Position numbers and translations under genes: made by a program. 24,333 nucleotides of DNA. It comes from Ginkgo biloba (Eukaryota > Plantae > Ginkgophyta). Shown here piece by piece: positions 11,421-23,500 of this stretch; position 1 is the stretch's first letter, and every line of letters starts with the position of its first letter. The stretch is from contig JANKJI020000002.1 of NCBI GenBank assembly GCA_024626585.2, positions 109,897,907 through 109,922,239 of the forward strand, written 5' to 3'. The notes under the pieces were generated by a model that had not been told where the DNA came from, searched no databases, and saw only the letters and a program-made list of their open reading frames with translations.

Positions 11421-12049
11421 GAATCAATTTAAGCATGTTAAGTTTTGAAATTGAATAATCATTTTGTATCATAGGCCCATGGGCTTCCACTTGCTTCTCT
11501 TGCATTGAATCACTATAATAATATGCATTTCTATGATTCACCATCTCATTAATGTTGATACTAGAGTCAATTATGAATGGGAAGTGTGCACTCCATGCAT
11601 ACAACATTTTAGTGCCATTATGATGTCCAAACCAGCAAGGGTTTTTCACATGGCCACCACTTTTCCAAGAAAATCTTGGTGACAATAGGATGGAGGGGTG
11701 ATTAGTGACTATGCAGATATCAGTAGGAGAAAGCTTTAGAGTCGTGATTCATTGAGAGTATTAGGGATTCTACAAGAAAGGGAATTTGGTGAGATAAATC
11801 CAAAAGGACAAGTGAAGACAACATTCTTAGATCCATGTTCCATTGATAATCATGGAGATTCTATTAGAAGTGGAGCATAACAAGTTGTAGAATAAAACCA
11901 AGAGGAAGATATCGATATCAAACAAGTAATCATAGATGTCCATACCCATCCTTACCTTTCGATAACTAGGCACAGACCCACATTTCAACAACTATCACCT
12001 CATAAAAATGCAAAACATCACTATAATCCAACCTCAACTTTGTTGTGGA

Positions 12050-13743
12050 ATCACACCCACTATAACTTTTTGGATGTGGCAACAATGGTAATTCTATAAT
12101 GAAGTGCTAACCAAAATCCCAAAGTGTTTTTTTAGGCTCTAACTGTGAAGACGTGGGTGTTGACTGTCTACATTTCATCGTGGTGATCAAGGAGATATAT
12201 CAAGGTTGACTCCACAACATTTTATTATGCACACCTAGACTTAATAGGCGTGTGCGTTGAGTGGCACACCGTTAAGTCTAACGAAGAAATTAATGGAAAG
12301 GAAAGTTTTATGAACCAAAGATGACGGGGAGCAAGTAAAATCTTGGAAGATTATGGAGTTTTTGGCAAATACATATTGAGATTTGATAATTTCTATATCT
12401 AAGGTGTATTTTCAAGAAGTACTTCGCTTTATAAAATTCATCTAAAATTTTAATGAAGTGAAGGCCTATGACATTGGGATAAATGTTTTTAGGGACATTA
12501 AATATAAAACTAATAAAACCAAATTAAGATATTATTTAAAACCTAATTTGAGGACCTAGTAAGAGTAATAATGGAAAGAAGAGACAAAATTCTAGCTTTT
12601 AGGTTTCATGGGAAAGTACAACTACATCCATAAATGGAAAAATTGGAGGCAACATTGGAATACATAGGGATAAAGAACAAATCCCATAAATCTAAAATAG
12701 CTATAGAAGAACGTAAGGAAGGAAAAGTGTAGGATTGGACCATTGAATGGATAGAAATAGATCATGACATCAAAGAAATTTTTAGAAGATTAAAGGATGA
12801 ATTATATATGGAATTCTACAAATCAAGGATACCTACCCAAAAAAAAGAAAACAAATTAAGGAAAAATAAGTTTGTAGAGTATACTGTTGAAGATAATGAA
12901 GTAGAAAAAGAACATGGCATTGAAGAATATGATAACAAGTTATTTAAGGATGGACAAGAAAAAGAGGAGGGTGTATTTGGGTCAAGCACAAGTTACAAAC
13001 AATAGGAGTCACCTTGTCAATTAAACCAATTTCCCTTAGATAATTCCCAATGGAAATGTTTGGTCCCCTAAGTGTAAAATATATCTAAAAAAATATTAGA
13101 TTCTATAGAAAAAGAAGGAAATTCACATCAAATATAGGTATAAATAACATTAATTAAATAATGACATGAGGAGTCTCAATAGAAGAAGCTTGAACAAATT
13201 GTTAGGATAAGGTATCTAAGGCAACCTCAATACATTGAGGAATGAGGAACAAAAGGAGAATCTTCCAAAAGAAGAACTAGATTATAAAAAACCAGATGAA
13301 GAAAAATTTAGAGGTGGCTTAGAGAAAGAACAAGAATTAGGGAAATCTCTAGGGAGAGACAATGCTCAAGCCTCTGATGGTAACATTATTGTGAAAAAGA
13401 ATTTAGGTTATCGATAACCTTTTATTGCTTCCACTTCAAGATCTTCAAAGGTATCATGCATGTTAAGAACTTAGCCAATCTTCCAGAAGTACAAGGGTCT
13501 CGAGTGAAGTCAATTTCTTCATCACCATTGAGGATATCTAAGTCCAAGAAAATATTGGTGGCTAAAATAAACAATGTAGTAGTGGATGATTTGGTGGATG
13601 CTAGTTTTCCTTACTTGGAAAGGTCAAGAAGATGTTCTAATGTAGAAGGTGATGCACAAAGTGACCACTCTAAACCATATAGAAAGACAAAAAACTATTA
13701 TGTTACTAAAAGGTGGCCAAAGGATAAAATGCTACAAAAGTAA
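12050..13743 (+). pseudogene. Decayed E/K-rich ORF, probably a retroelement accessory ORF
   Basis: A chain of short plus-strand ORFs (12808-13005, 13235-13417, 13456-13743) with E/K/D-rich composition, linked by stop-interrupted protein-like sequence. It runs into repeat copy 2 and has no recognisable catalytic motif. Confidence 0.45.
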
Positions 13744-14981
13744 GGACCGTACTGATGAAGGCAGGTAACACGAGTGTTGTAAATGGCTATCCTAAGTGGA
13801 CTATGTCCAAATAAATAATTGGACTAAAAAGAAAACTATTAAGGCCTAAATCATGGGAAACCATACCAATAGATTGGGATTAAGGGATCAATAATAAGGA
13901 TGCAAAGGGCTAAGACTAATGGGATGAGAAGCCATAAATATGGAAAAAATGGGACAGAAAGCCACAAATGGTTAAATTACTACTAGAGTTGAATGGAATT
14001 AGAGGTTTATTAAGGACACTAATCCATTACAAAAATCTATTAGAGTGAAGGATGTGGATCCAAATAACTAAAAATCTAATGGAGACTCAACACTAAAAAA
14101 ATTATTTAGGTATTATGTCATGAGATGTTGCATAATGTATCATTATAATGTTTGAAAGGATCAAAATGTAAGGACTGTCCATCTAAAAAGAATTTGTATC
14201 AATAAAATATATGAGAAATAAATATTGAAGGGGATAAGTGTTGCAGGCTATCCCCTAAAGTCATACCAAAATAGGTACATGGATCTAATGAGATTTATCA
14301 AACATGACCTTCGATAACTTAAGGAAATTGAATTTAATCATTAGTGATGAAATCTACTATGCAATAGGTTAAAATTTAGAAAATCCAACTAAAATTTAGG
14401 ATCTAATAGGCTAATATTTCCAAAATCATATATGCAAGTGAGTGGATCTAGTAAGTTGTCTCATATGGAGGTGCCACCCTTAAGATTTAGGTTGATGCTA
14501 CCCTTAAGCTACCCTAAATCCTATAAGGGGATCTGTTAATAAAACATAAGATACAATAAAGATAAGAAAGAAAACTCTCAACTAATATTAAGAAGTTGGA
14601 GGATGAAAAAATAATTAGGATGTTTCCTCAATATGGTAACCAATTTTATTATAGAGTGTGTAGATAGATCATTTCATTTAAAGAATTGAGGGAAAATGTG
14701 TAGAAATAAGAAATAATAAAATAAGTGAACAAGGAGAGGGTCCAAAAGGTGAGTATTTCCTATATATTTTCTTATCCCTAGTATTGTATTAAACCTACAA
14801 CATGCTTCAATATACAATCCAATAGATAATCAATTAAGTTAGTTTTCAATCATAATCACCATTACTCAAGCCATAAATATTATATCAATAATAATTGAAT
14901 ATGGATCATGAGTAGAATCTCCCTTAGATTTGCATTAAAATAAGAAAATAAAATGTTGAATGCAAATCAAAACAAAGGAAA
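13640..14981 (-). repeat. Diverged copy 2 of the ~1.3 kb segment (direct repeat of 3560-4885)
   Basis: Collinear with 3560-4885 at an offset of 10071-10083 bp at the two exact blocks. It carries an 18-nt segment (14624-14641) that is absent from copy 1. Confidence 0.9.
14624..14642 (-). promoter_or_regulatory. Putative decayed tRNA-Asp primer-binding site
   Basis: The minus strand reads TGGTTACCATATTGAGGAA versus the Athila-type PBS TGGCGCCGTTGCCGGGGA. It begins TGG, and all substitutions are C>T or G>A, plus one insertion and one deletion. Confidence 0.4.
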
Positions 14982-15817
14982 GAAATAAGGGAGATTGCCC
15001 TTATGAAATCTAAACTAATTCACCTCTTTCCACCAACATGTGGTCTCCCCAAAGTTGATCTCCTCCAAAAAATTTGCTTCTTTTCTAGGTCATATATGGC
15101 AAAGTTTTATTACAGTAACACTTTCTCACTCTTAATATAAACTAATAATGTTTTATTGCCTATAATTTTCCCTTAATCGAATAGAATATCTTTTTATTAT
15201 TGAGTTGATTATAATCTAGAAAAATTGGTTTTTATCTTCACTCAAGATAATTTATATGAAAAAGAAATCTCCTTATATAGGAGAGGTAGGAATATTCTCA
15301 CCCTTAACAATATCTTTGGATAACAAGATTTATCTCCATGCACGGGATTAATAATTATCCATAGATGCATGAAATAAAATATACTATTATATCTTCCACC
15401 CCCATTTTATTCAAAGGTTCCTATTTGATTCACCATGGTTAAAATTTCACCATAGATGAAATATGGATAAAGTCATGGATAAAATATTAACCTTTACTAT
15501 AATGTGCAAACTATTCAATTTTCTCTTGGCAGGAATTTGGGTTATAACAATCACCCTTATAAATCTCTTTGGATAAGATAATTTACCTTCATGCATCAAA
15601 TGCAACTCATTCTTCCATGTAAGGCAAGGAAGTTACCATTTTAACCTTCCATGCCTTCCATAATAAGAAATTTGTTTTAGATGAGAAGTGAAAGGATGAT
15701 TTAAATAGTTAAATAGGAAATTCACTTTATTTGAACATTCTTATTTGACTTCACATTAGTGTTCCACTATGGATCTAAGGTGGTTAAAAACATAGAAAAA
15801 TAATTTATCGTTTAGTC
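14645..15817 (-). mobile_element. Putative 5' LTR of a minus-strand gypsy element
   Basis: Non-coding and adjacent to the putative PBS. It has a minus-strand TATA-like CTATATAAGG at 15271-15280 and U3-like sub-repeats upstream of it (15298-15400 vs 15551-15650). The distal end is lost in an N-gap. Confidence 0.45.
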
Positions 15818-17220
15818 NNNNNNNNNNNNNNNNNNNNNNNNNNNNNNNNNNNNNNNNNNNNNNNNNNNNNNNNNNNNNNNNNNNNNNNNNNNNNNNNNNN
15901 NNNNNNNNNNNNNNNNNCAATTGGCGGATAAAGGCAGCCTCCAGCCTTCAATTTTGTTGCAATTTTCTCACTCCATTCGTTCTCTTCCACCATCAATGCT
16001 TAAATAAAAACAGCCTGATATAATTCGGCTGCAAATTAACACTAAGATTGCGGACTGCAATTTTAGGGGTTAACAAGTTCACAAGAAGATTCTTTGAAAG
16101 CACAATCAAGCCTTTGTCAACTCTAAAACTGAATAATTTCATGGTAATGATCATTCTCAAGTGCCTGGTGTACCTGGGTGAGCACCAGTGCACATCAGCA
16201 GACCTGGGCCGCACCCTAGGCACACCCCCCACACCTGCACAAGGTACAGCTGCCCAACCCAGAGAAAAACAAACAAATATTTAAAAAGATTAAAAAAGCA
16301 AAAACAAATATAAACATTGACATTTGGTTTATTTTTTCAAATGAACGCGAAACAATGAGCAGACAGCTATAAAATGTGCAGTACAATTATACATTTTATT
16401 GTCATTGCTATGGAGTTTGGAAAATGGCCATGTATATCGGTATCTTAAATTTTGATATTTTATGTATTTTATGTCATGTCATGATGACGATTTCTATGAT
16501 GAATTGAATGCTAGTAGTACATTATATTTAGGAACTTGTAATGATATTATATGTTAAAGCTAACATGACAAGAAAGAAGGGTTTAATTTAGCTTATATAT
16601 ATCATAATCTCCTAAATTGCATCTTATGATTATAATTAGCTCAATTAGGTATGCCCTATGCTCACCATTATTGTTAGTGAGTTAGATAGGTCATAACTTC
16701 ATAGTTATAAAAATGGAAAAATATGTGACATATTATAACCTTTTATTATATGTGTCTTTATATATTGTAATTTATGCTTATCATAGGGTAGCTTAAGAAA
16801 TTAGGGTTGATGTCGACAAGAAAATTATCTAGATTGGATAACTTGATCACTACACTAATAAGAGGAAGTGATTTTTTTCAATTAGTTTTTATACTAATAA
16901 TATAATAAGTAAATCAACAATTATAAATTATTAGGCTTTGGATCATTACATTGACTAAAATGAATCCAAGACATCCATAAGCTCATTAAATGGAGGTCGA
17001 TAATATGGGATACAAAGTGCATTAAAATAACACTTAATATCTCTCTAAAAATAAAGGGATCCACATGATACATAGGGAGGTGGGGACTTGATTGACTGTA
17101 GTGGACTAATACCAACTCACAGGTGTAACAAGGATCAATAAAATAATTATCTCAACCCTAATACAACTTTAGATTGATATTTGGCCTATTATCGAATGGG
17201 AGTTAGAGTATTTAGTGTTG

Positions 17221-17422
17221 ATCTAATCTTATTGTATCATAAGTAATACAATAATGGATTAGTGGAGTAGGGATCAACCTTACTTGTTGTAACGAAGGCT
17301 CAATAGATCTAGTGAAGTAATCTAATATTATTGTATCATAAGTAATACAATAATGGATTGGTGGAGTAGGGATCAAGCTTACTTGTTGTAACAAAGGCTC
17401 AATAGATATAGTGAAGTAATCT
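17221..17422. repeat. Tandem duplication, 2 x 99 bp
   Basis: Units are 17221-17319 and 17320-17418 plus a trailing ATCT. I count 5 substitutions and no indels between units. Confidence 0.97.
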
Positions 17423-17739
17423 TGACACAATTTATGTACTAACATTATAACTTAGAGTAAAGATATGAATCAAGATCTAGAAAAGAGTTTAAAACACGAG
17501 TGGCGGAACAACATCATAATCGACAGAGAAAAGAAGGTTTAGACTAAAAACAATGAAGAAAAGGGTTTATACTCTAATAGGTGGAGCAAAATGGATTGAA
17601 TTAACTAGTGGAGAGATGTTATACTTAACTTTCTAAATGTATGACTACATAGATTAGGCTCAAACTATAATACAAATGATGGGTTATAAGATTTGACAAA
17701 TAAATATTAATGGCATAAATTTGTTCCCATTTTATTAAG

Positions 17740-18110
17740 GGTCAAAATAAATTGGGAGGACTCTTGGATAGTGGGTAGAGAAAAATTTTTCATGAATAAT
17801 AAATGCAACAATCCCAAAAATTCTCTTTGGGATTTTATTTGAACTAGATCCCCAAGCATATAAATGATCAGTTATAGTGGCCCAAATTTAGGACATGTAC
17901 TATAACAATATTGGTATTTAAACACAATTTTTTTTTTTGACATATTGGTTTCATGCATGACTAACTTGATATAGTAATTAAAGAGCATTAACATATTTAG
18001 AATCTAGGGGTTTAGATTAAAAAAGATGCCTATTTATATATCAAATGATAATGGACTAGTCTAGGATTCTAGAGTAGTTGTAGACATAGAGGTCAAGTTG
18101 TAATGCAAAG
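17740..18110 (+). mobile_element. Possible very decayed LINE endonuclease fragment
   Basis: DSWIVGR (~17759-17779, cf. PWIVGGDFN) followed by SYSGPN (~17870-17888, cf. GYSGP.FTW). Only two weak motifs support this. Confidence 0.3.
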
Positions 18111-20009
18111 AGTTATGTCATTTAGGTGGAGACATCTATGGAATGGACATAATAAATAAGATGGAGAATTAAATAAAATACTCCTAAGAGATCTTTAAAA
18201 TTTTGAATGAAATGGTTATTAGGCACACTTATAGTGATGTAAAATCTAACTCTTAGAGAAAAACATAATAATATATTCTCTAAGTACAAAGATATTTTGA
18301 CTCAATATTAATTGAGTAGACTAGATAATTAATGTTAAAATGTTGATGATACCAAGATCCAAATACAAAAAAAGAGACTTTTTTGTACATTGAATGAATG
18401 ATGGAGAGTATGTTGGAAAGTGTTGTTAGAAAGTAATGCATAATCAGGTAGATATTTGATACTTGGTTTGGTATCATAGTTTGAGTGATTATTATATTAA
18501 TGATTGGTTGTTTTTATCATTACTAGCCACAAGCCTTCATTTCAGTTACCAAGATCTTCTAATCCTTTTTTTATCATTATTTCATTTAAAAAAAATGAGG
18601 GAACCAACTCTTAAGATGGAGAGCTATAAGATCCTTACTATTACGGTGTGTTGATACTTCTCTCTATGTTGTAGTCTAAAGCCTTGTCCACTATTTGACA
18701 TAGGTACCAATGTAGCTATCAACATAAGGCATACCCTTTTAATATTATATACATACCATTCAAGTTAAATTAAGGATATTAGACTCACACATTCAATGTA
18801 AGAGAATTATTGACATTAATTATTCCTTACACTACCATTGTTTAATTTGAGACTCATTCAAGAAATCAACCATTCATTCTTTGGGACAAAGACTAGCTAA
18901 TCATCCATANNNNNNNNNNNNNNNNNNNNNNNNNNNNNNNNNNNNNNNNNNNNNNNNNNNNNNNNNNNNNNNNNNNNNNNNNNNNNNNNNNNNNNNNNNN
19001 NNNNNNNNNCAAAGACACAAGCATCATGAAGGAGGATTTAATAGGACTAAAGTGTTGGATACGAGATAAATCCATTTTTACAAAATTATATAGTAGCATC
19101 AATAGTCATAATGATTTTTTTTCTCTTTAAAAAACATGGTGAAATTTCATTTTATTTCTGGAAGTTTATGGATTTAGTTTTTAATTTTTTTCCTTGTATC
19201 CCTTTAACTAGTTTCAAGAATTTAGTATTACCATATTAGAAGTTAGGGATGTTTCTTTTTAGATGAAGAGAAGATCTAAAATTATCACCATTTAAGGACA
19301 ATTGACCTTGGTTAGGATAGATGGGGATTACATGCTTAAATATAAGGTGATACCTAAGATAAATAAAAAGGTTGTCATGGTTATGACACTAAGAGTGTGG
19401 TAATAAACCACATCACATTGTGGGAAACATCAATCTATGGAAAACATCACAATAATGGTAATATAATTATAATAACATGGGGTCATTACTATAGCAACAC
19501 TATAAGTGCACTAACATAGAACGGGCATAGAACATTATTATAACAATATGATTGTCGTCATAGATGGCATCGATATATATGATAATAAATTTATAACAAT
19601 ATGAGATCATAATGATGCAATAAGGAGGGAAATAACAAGTGATATCACAATGACAATATATATGACTCAAGTAGTGGCGATATCATACTATAGGTAGTAT
19701 TTCACAATAGACTACATCATGATGACAATAACAATGTTGTTCTTATGATCTTGAGAAAGGTACTACCTATAATTATGCCTACATATATAGATAAATGTAT
19801 TTCCTAAATCAAGACCTACATAGAAATGTGATGATAAGTTCCAACATTAGGCTTTCACACATATGTAGATATGATGATCAATATGAAAAAAAGGTTTATT
19901 GGCTATGAACAATATGCATGCTTGGCCCAAAAAAAGTATTTTGGGAATGCGAGTTGAGAGGCTCCAATGATTCCATGTGGAAGGAAATCAATAATTGTAA
20001 TAGTCAACA

Positions 20010-21340
20010 CACTATATATTTTGGTGTACAAGGGACTATTAAGAACTAAGAAATAAAGTTAACCATGTTAAGGATATTGTTCATCCTAATTAAATTTGTA
20101 TTCCTTGAGAAACTTTTGTAACATTTCATCATTCTAGAAAATGTTAAATGGATGGGATAATATTTAGGGCCATAATGTCAAAAATATTTAACATACCACC
20201 TATATAAGGGGTTGTTAAGGATGAAAAAATTGTAAATTATTTTATTAAGATCTAAGCATCATAGACATAAGAAGATTGAGTAGCCAATAATATCATTTTG
20301 TACTCACTAGGTAAGAGAGTACACAATGAAAGTCTAACACTAGAGGGGACCAAACATTAAGCAAGGTGAACAAATACAATAATAGATGATAGATTTACCA
20401 TAGTGACTATAGATGGAGAAGGATTTTAATGAAAGATTTTTAGGTGTTAAACCATACATATTAATCCACTAATAGGTAATTAAATGGTTTAAAAAATATA
20501 TGACATAACCATGGTCAATGCATCCATCCAATTACATATAATTAGAAGATTGTAGTTAAGTGGTTACTCTATGATATAAACTTCCAAAGAAGATTTTGAC
20601 TTCTAAAGTGATAGGTAAGTATCAACAAATGTTAAAAGGTACCCATTATCAATTGTCATAATACCTTAATTATCATAGTTGTTGTTGAGATAGAGGTAGG
20701 TGCAATCCAAAGAGTAGATACTTCATCTACAAGGCAACCTTTAAACAATTCATCCCAAAATCTATGTATGGATAGAAAATGAGAGAAAAAAGGGTTAATG
20801 TAGTAGAATCTTATAAGCATCAAATGTGATATGAGGTTAACCAGTAGGGATTGATAGACTAGGGTGATATTTTGCTTTTACAAAGGGCAAGTATAGAAGA
20901 CTTTGAATAAAAAATTAACTAATGGAGAATATGACAAGTTCTCATGAACATAATAATTATTGAGAAGTCGTGCATGATAGTTATTAGCATTCTTCTTCGA
21001 GGTTGAAAAAAAAATAGTTGGCGATAAAATACACCAAACTACTCAGTGTCGGGTTTAATAAGTGGAGGCTCAAATGAGTCATATCACTATGTCCTAGTAA
21101 TAATATTAATTACAATAAGTGTAGATACTTGAGTGATGCACATAGGGATGTAATTAATTTCATCCATATTACAAAGGATTACAATTAGTTGATAGACAAA
21201 AGCCATATCTTGTTATTGAATAAGAACTTTAGGCTTAACTTTAGGGCAACATTTTCTTATGGAGAAGTAACAACAAGTGTTGTTGAAATAACTGGAAACA
21301 CTTGAACTAACCAAACTACTTGATTATCAAAAAAATAATT
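20010..21340 (+). mobile_element. Highly degenerate Ty3/gypsy pol (protease, RT, RT/RNase H linker)
   Basis: Ordered remnants: YFGVQGTIKN (20017, pre-protease, cf. RV.G.IK), EIEVGAIQRVDTSSTRQP (20687, cf. IELE.GA.PV...PYRHP), PVGIDRL (cf. PRIDEL), IEDFE*K..GEY (cf. EDI.KT..GHYEF), LLAFFFE (~20981, cf. VLVFFDD), RYLS (21123, cf. YLGH) and TFSYGE (cf. AF.W.E). Confidence 0.6.
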
Positions 21341-22259
21341 GGTTCAAAATGGTCAATGGAGCAACATTATTTTTCTAATGTGGCATAAAATGTTGTTATA
21401 GATGTTGAGGTTTTGGTCTAAAATTTTTATAAGGGCATTCATTGAAATCATTATTATCATCTTGACTAGAATTGTTGTTAGAATGAGGTTGAATAATATG
21501 TTGCTAATTTTGCTTAGGAAAATATGGTTGATGATTTAGATCTAGATTATTCTTGTTGTTATTCCAATTTTGGTTTTATATATTCCAATTATCATCAAAG
21601 TTCTAGTTGTTAGTTCAACACTTGGCTAGGTTCACATCTCTTTATTGATTGTTTTTAAAAGAGTTATGTTGGTTTTGGTATTTTGATAAAGAGGTACTAA
21701 GGGAACAAATATTTTATATAAGTTGGTCCACATGCATAGCAAGATGGTTGATGTATACTTAAACTTGACTTGATATATAACATTACTTTCTACAATATTT
21801 CTATCATAGAAGGCCTAGAAGAATCATCAAGTGGAGTAGGCGACAAGTTATCAATGGACCAAAGCATTTACAACTTGAAATAGGACAATGACCATGTTGT
21901 CTTTTGCAATGTGGTTAACACATTCAAATACTTAAATAACTTACAACCATCCATTAAGTTAAAACACTCAATGTTTATAAATAATAGTATTATTTAATGA
22001 AGATTGAACCTACAAAATTAACAATCATAATTCAAACCTTCTTAATTGCATTCTATGCATCAATTATAACCATGATGAGAACTACATAACTTATCTTAAA
22101 TAACAATCTATTAATGAATAATTCACTAGCCTCATAAAATTCCACTTAAGTCTTGTAAAATTAACATGCCATTCTCTAGCTCCCAATATGTGAAATGAAG
22201 CGAGTATCAAGTTGTTACCTCATCTTCATCAAAACAAAGAGGCATATATATGCTCTAGA

Positions 22260-22760
22260 GAAAATTATAAAATATATGAGAGAATTTTGGATAAATAACA
22301 TCAATTAGCCCCACATTAACTTACATATACCCTTTTATGTTCTCATAGTAGAGGGAGGCATAGTATAACAAATCTTATTGGTGTTATAGATGATTAATTT
22401 TCCATTTGTGAGGAGGCTTCATATTATTCTACACTTGGGAGAAATGGATGCCTAATTTTCTTCGAAGGATTATCTTCCATCAGGGTAGTGAAACCCCCCT
22501 TTCCATTATTGAGGCTTCTCTTTTGTACATTAACTTGTATTTGGAAGTTAAAGGGAAAGGAGAGAGAGTACACACTTCAACGAGACTTGTTGAATTGAGT
22601 AAGGAAATTCCCTTATATTACCCTCTTCATTTATCATGTCATCAAAACCAAAATAGCATCTTGCTCCATATTGTCTCTCATGTATGCGATTTCATTATAT
22701 ATTTTCTTGATGATTGTCCTAACCATAGTATAGTAGAAATAACATATTTTGATAAGGTTT
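22260..22760 (+). mobile_element. Degenerate L1 LINE ORF1 (DUF4283 / zinc-knuckle type)
   Basis: WEKWMPNF (~22436-22459, cf. L..W.P.F), PFHY* (~22498-22512, cf. LP.HYW) and RVHTSTRLVELSKEIP (cf. T.ARICVEIDLSK.LP), in the order typical of plant L1 ORF1. Confidence 0.6.
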
Positions 22761-22959
22761 TGTTGGTTCATATTGTATGTGATTTTTATTTGACTGACAT
22801 GAAGGAGCATGAAAAGGAAAAGCAAGGAGAGAACAAGCTATAAAAAAACAAGAAAGGGAACCTTGCAATTATTTTTTTTACTAATTGTGTACCTTAAATA
22901 AAACCCAAATAGAAATGTTGTGTGCTAGATTGGTTTTATTGCTACTTATTTCATATTAT

Positions 22960-23500
22960 AAGATCTATAATTAGGGAACTCTAAAACCCCTAAAATAATT
23001 TGTGAAAGAGATAATAAACATGCATATATGTAAGTGTCATAATGGAAGTCCTAAATGATTCCCTAAAGGATATTACAAAGATAATATGGAAAAGTCTAGA
23101 GTTGCCAAGACTAGTATTGTTGTCATTTTGAAATTCTTTTGTTTCTTATCAGTTCCACTTAAATGCTTCTTTCTTTGTGGGAAAAGTGAGTGAAGTAATA
23201 ATATGAGAGTAATGCTAGATAAAATTTCTATAAAATTGAGTCATAACTAGGAATCCTTGTAGTTCGGTTATTGTTTTCGGTTTAGGGCAATCAATAATGG
23301 CTTGAATTTCAACTAGATTGACTTGAGAAGAATCTTTTGTGATGATATTACTAAAATATTCGATGCTTTATTTTCTAAAAGAGAATTTAGAAGCCTTGGC
23401 CTATATACAATGTTGCTCCAAATTTTCTAAATCCTTGTTTATATGGTTTAGATGCTTCTCTGATTCTAAACACTTAAACTAAGATATCACTCATTAAAAC
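22960..23500 (+). mobile_element. Degenerate LINE ORF2 endonuclease start, probably the same element as the upstream ORF1
   Basis: SIIREL*NP (~22964-22990, cf. SWNIRGLNNP), GLYT (~23398-23409, cf. G.YTW.N) and a WLD(R)F-like segment (~23444-23465, cf. RLDRFL). It is on the same strand as, and downstream of, ORF1. Confidence 0.4.

Noticed and set aside
16177-16186. GTGAGCAC matching the 3' end of miR156
   Set aside because: The remainder of the mature miR156 sequence and its star arm are absent.
22448-22843. 131-aa ORF as a host gene
   Set aside because: It is a frameshifted patchwork of LINE ORF1 motifs.
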